Shown here: one piece after another, positions 59,881-64,000 of the stretch
How the letters are laid out: every line of letters begins with the position of its first letter
How positions within the stretch are numbered: position 1 is the first letter of the stretch
From: Macrostomum lignano
Lineage: Eukaryota
Length of the DNA stretch: 64,000 nucleotides
Direction: 5' to 3'
NCBI GenBank assembly: GCA_002269645.1
Contig: NIVC01000108.1
Coordinates: 248,001-312,000 of the forward strand
Translations under genes and position numbers: made by a program
The notes under the pieces: generated by a model
What the model was told of the DNA's origin: nothing
What the model saw: only the letters and a program-made list of their open reading frames with translations
The model's database searches: none

Positions 59881-62469
59881 CTGGAACAGGCAGAGCAAAG
59901 CTTTTACAATTCAGGAAAATACTGGCCCCATGTGGTCATTGAAGGCTTGCTGATTTGCAGATTCAGAGGTGCAATCTTGTGCAATGACAAGGTTTTGAAA
60001 ATTAAATTAATTCCTTTCTATCCTATATTCACATGCTTAACCTTGGAAATTTCACTGGCCATGCAGCTTAGTTTTGACTAAAATGTGATTTGCTAAAAAA
60101 CAAAGGAAATATTTATTTCATTGTCAAATGCTATGAAAAAAGTGAAAAAATGCAACTTAATAACCTTTGGTCTGCCACAATTTATGTTAGCTGGATGAGC
60201 TAGATTAGCTAGCAGTTGCTAATATATAGGTTGAATTGTTCCTTTTGTCTTAAGAAAAATTTCATGACTAGGTCTACACATTTTGCCAAGATATTTTGTC
60301 TAAATAATGCTTATAATTTGATTCCAAGATTAACTTGTCTAAATATATGACCATAAATTTTGAAGCTTATGTGGTATACCAAATAGAAAAAAATTACATA
60401 AAGCAATAGCCAATATCTAGATAACTGGCCATTGGAAAAGATAAGTGAAATTTTCTATAACCATACAAAGAAAATATAGATAACTAACTTGTTTAGAATG
60501 ATAAAAATTTGCATTTCTTATCTTATCAAAACTTTATGTTCAAAACTAGCCTGTTAAAATCAACGACAATGCAAATAGTTAGAAGAGATGGCTTAGTTTA
60601 AAATCCTAAGGTACTTAGACTGCTAAATTTCCTATATAGGCCTATTAGCTAGCTTAATAGGTTGCCTTAAAGAAACTAAAAACCCATTACATTTGTTTTG
60701 TTTGTATAAAATGGTTTAAATAAAATATAATGCTATAATGTTATAGGAAATTTTCAATAACTTTTGATAACCAACATTATTAAAGCCAGGGGTGTGGGGA
60801 TGGTGAGCCCCCTACTAGACTTACTAAAGCCAGGGGTATCAGGGTAGCAACCCTTATTAAAGCCAAGGGTTTGGATCTGTGTACATTGTATAAGTGGGCA
60901 AAGTCAAAGAGAGGCAGGGTGTGGATCAGTGGATGTGGGATATAAAACAAAATATAGCTTCTTAATTAGTTCTTAATTTGGGTTAAATGCCTATATGGCA
61001 AATATATATACACAATTCTTCACAATTCTGCCATATATTGCTTTTAGCATTTCAAAAAATGATAAACTCAAATAAAAAATATTGGCCTTAATAAATGTAG
61101 CCATCTACTTGGTTACTTAAAATCACAAAATATAGGCCCTAAAAACTACTTTAGCTTTGGCCCTTAGGCTTACCTAATTGTTTAAAGTTAATCTTAATCT
61201 TTTAAGTTACTTAAAAAGTCACAAATGAAACAACAAACCTAAAAAGCATAAAAACTAAGTCTAAAATATTAACTATCAAGTCAATTTACTATAATTTATG
61301 AGAGAGCCTAGGGGTTATTTTAATTTAGACCTATACAATAATTTATGACCTATAATCTAATTGTTTTATATCGTCGATTTTTGCTGTTGCAATAGGCTAG
61401 CCTAAGCCTATATTCCATCAATATCAAGTAGGCTAGGCCTAGCGCCTATACAAAAGCTGACGCCATTATTCCCAAAATACCCTACCTACTAGCAGTTTTT
61501 AGAAATTTAGACATATCGCCATTATTGGTTACCTATTTCATTTGGGTATGGTCAAATAGGACCAAGACTGAACTGAATGTGAGATCCAATCATCTACTAA
61601 ATTATGCACGTCCACACGATCCACATCACCAAACCCGCAAGGCTATAAATAACTCCTGGAAGATTTAGCCAAAATGAGTAGCGAACGAAAGTTGGTTGTT
61701 GCTCGACGCTCATACGACATACCATGGGTGTGGTCCATGCAGCCTTAACAGGATTCCAAATCTGATCAGTGCAGACAGTCATCATTTAACTTTTGATTAT
61801 TAATTCTTTAGTAAAGTGCGGCACTACTAGCTGGTGATACTCAACTCTCAACAAGTGAACTGACTGCTACCCACAATGACAATTCCCTAACCTCCTGTAG
61901 CAACCCTTATAATGCCCGCGTATATGTAAATCTATATCTGTATATTATCATTGAATCTATTTATTGTAACCAAATTCAAATGCAATTTTTGTGAGCAGCG
62001 ATTTTACAGTAGGAATACTGCAATTAGCCACTTTCCGCCTGTCGAAGTACATATGTACCAAAGAGGGGGGGGGGTTTGCTGCGCCGGAACGGAACAACGC
62101 AGGCACATGAAATTCAAGAGCACGAGCTGACTTTTTGTTGCGCACCTTCTCAAAAAAAGAATCAAGTCGCCAGCCCTCCGGACCGTCGAGATATTCGAGG
62201 TCGGATTTTTCCCATAAGCGCCAGTGTATTCAGTACACCCTTGTGCGCCAATCAGCACTGACCTCAACTGCTGGACATTCTCAGCCAGTCTCTCAAGCAT
62301 TCAGTCATCACCCCGACGCCGTGGGCACCCTCAGCAGATGGCACCAGGTGACTAGGACGTCCTGTTGCAACTATTCAAATATATATGTCAAATTTTTCTT
62401 TTCAAGCTTCAATAATAAGCAAACCTCAACTGCTGGGTATTTTCAACTAGTTTCTCAAGCATTCGGTCG

Positions 62470-63067
62470 TCATTCAGCCTTCGTCGCGGCATCTTCAATG
62501 AGACGAAACCATGACTATGAACACACAAAAGAGATTTAAAAAAATTCATTTTTAGCAGTTTTAGTACCTCTTACCTGATCTTCGATCAGCCCACACAGAA
62601 AATTCGAAAATTTATTTTTTCTGAAAAGCACAAAACAACAACAGAAAATGAAATTTAAATTTTGATCAATTGATTTCTTGGTTGTTATCCAGCACGTTAC
62701 TCTGAGTGCTGCACAGACATGAAGATGTTGTCACCGTTGCAGAGCCGCAGGCCAGCCGGTGTAGCTCCCGGTGTTAACAGCATCTTAGGCGCGACGTCCT
62801 CGCCAAAGATGTTGCCAAATTCGGCAGCGCCGTGATAGAATCCGTCCAAGCAGAAAGCCACCGGCCCGTTGCTGACCAGCCGCAGTCTCTGAGAAATCGT
62901 TCGCATCGCCGCGCCGAGTGGTTCAGTGTAGCGGACTTTGGTTGCTATGCTGAGCGTCCAGCGATTCAGGTTACGCGGACTGTAGCATTCGTTGCGGGCC
63001 AACGCGCCTGGTCGGGAGCTGGGTGTTGATGTTGAATGCTTGCCTTGTAACTTTGGCGAGCTCTTCA
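62470..63067 (-). CDS. Probable 3' exons of an unidentified gene
   Basis: Phase-consistent join of about 63067..62701, 62620..62575 and 62514..62470 with strong GTAAGA / TTTTCAG sites: ...CLDGFYHGAAEFGNIFGEDV...SVQHSE|KNKFSNFLCGLIEDQ|SWFRLIEDAATKAE*. No family recognised. Confidence 0.4.
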
Positions 63068-63289
63068 CTAGTTAACTCTACTTGTGGAAATTTTCTGCAT
63101 GTCACTCCATTTTAACCCCCCCCCCCCCCCGGTGGACTGCTGCCTACTGCACCTACTGAATTAAAACTAAGTGAAAGAGGCGACCAAGCTAAACGAATGA
63201 CAGGAGCTCAACTTCTGCAACCTCTTAGACATGGCAATGCAGGGCATCCACCTGGCCCAGGAGATCATAGGGGAGATAAGAGTAGGGTC

Positions 63290-63812
63290 GCCCAGCAAGA
63301 GACAGGGGCTGCCCAGCAAGAGACAGGGGCTGCCCAGCAAAGACAGGTGCTGCCCAGCAAGAGACAGGGGTGCCCAGCAAGAGACAGGGCTTTCCAGCAA
63401 GAGACAGGGGCTGCGCAGCAAGAGACAGCTAGGGGCTGTCCAGCAAGAGACAGGGGTTGCCCAGCAAGAGACAGGGGCTGCCCAGCAAGAGACAGGGGCT
63501 GTCCAGCAAGAGACAGAGGCTGTCCAGCAAGAGACAGGGGCTGCCCAGCAAGAGACAGGGGCTGCCCAGCAAGAGACAGGCTAGGGGCTGTCCAGCAAGA
63601 GACAGGGACGACAAGCAAGAGACAGGGGCTGCCCAGCAAGAGACAGGGGCTGCCCAGCAAGAGACAGGGGCTGCCCAGCAAGAGACAGGGGCTGCCCAGC
63701 AAGAGACAGGGGCTGCCCAGCAAGAGACAGGGGCTGTCCAGCAAGAGACAGGGGCTGTCCAGCAAGAGACAGGGACGACAAGCAAGAGACAGGGGCTGCC
63801 CAGCAAGAGATA
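63290..63812. repeat. 21-bp minisatellite (CAGCAAGAGACAGGGGCTGCC), about 25 copies
   Basis: Period 21. Confidence 0.96.
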
Positions 63813-64000
63813 GAGTAGATTTGGAAATAATTTTAATTCAATGAATAGTTTTATTACTCGTAATACTATTTTATTTATTACACTATATTATTCGCTTATG
63901 TTTCCGAACAGGTATTCATGTAGTTTCAAAAAAGCTATAGGAGGAGGAATGTTGAAGTTAATCAACAGTTAAGCAGAAAAGTCTGAACTTATTTTCTGAA

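Noticed and set aside
61597-61785. 62-aa minus-strand ORF with a hydrophobic C-terminus
   Set aside because: Short, no motif, and I could not join it consistently to neighbouring exons.
63199-63280. Possible plus-strand exon ELNFCNLLDMAMQGIHLAQEIIGEIR
   Set aside because: Plausible AG/GT boundaries, but no partner exons or recognisable family within the window.

Overview
Eukaryotic (animal) genomic window, not prokaryotic: it has spliceosomal introns, GC-rich exons, TTAGGG repeats and about 15 unrelated minisatellite families. The style resembles a repeat-rich flatworm genome such as Macrostomum (inference only). Host genes: (1) two tandem, intronless AlkB-family (ALKBH2/3-like) genes, the complete one fused to two C2H2 zinc fingers and carrying substitutions at cofactor-binding positions; (2) an orphan single-TM protein; (3) an intact SAM-dependent methyltransferase among decayed ORFs, a Crypton remnant and nested TIR elements; (4) an intronless DEG/ENaC channel with one frameshift; (5) a 6-exon luciferase/4-coumarate-CoA-ligase-like acyl-CoA synthetase spread over 36.6 kb (21027-57642, minus); (6) a 2-exon MRPL52. 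The ligase introns hold most of the unusual structure. Intron 5 contains an 18-kb head-to-tail array of six related Helitrons: one intact autonomous element (9-exon RepHel, including a GC-AG intron in the HUH motif) flanked by five non-autonomous copies, each carrying a short (TTAGGG)n tract. Intron 1 is a 30-bp minisatellite split by an intact LOA-like LINE. Most long ORFs in the supplied track are artefacts of stop-free tandem repeats. All exon models and alignments were made by hand.
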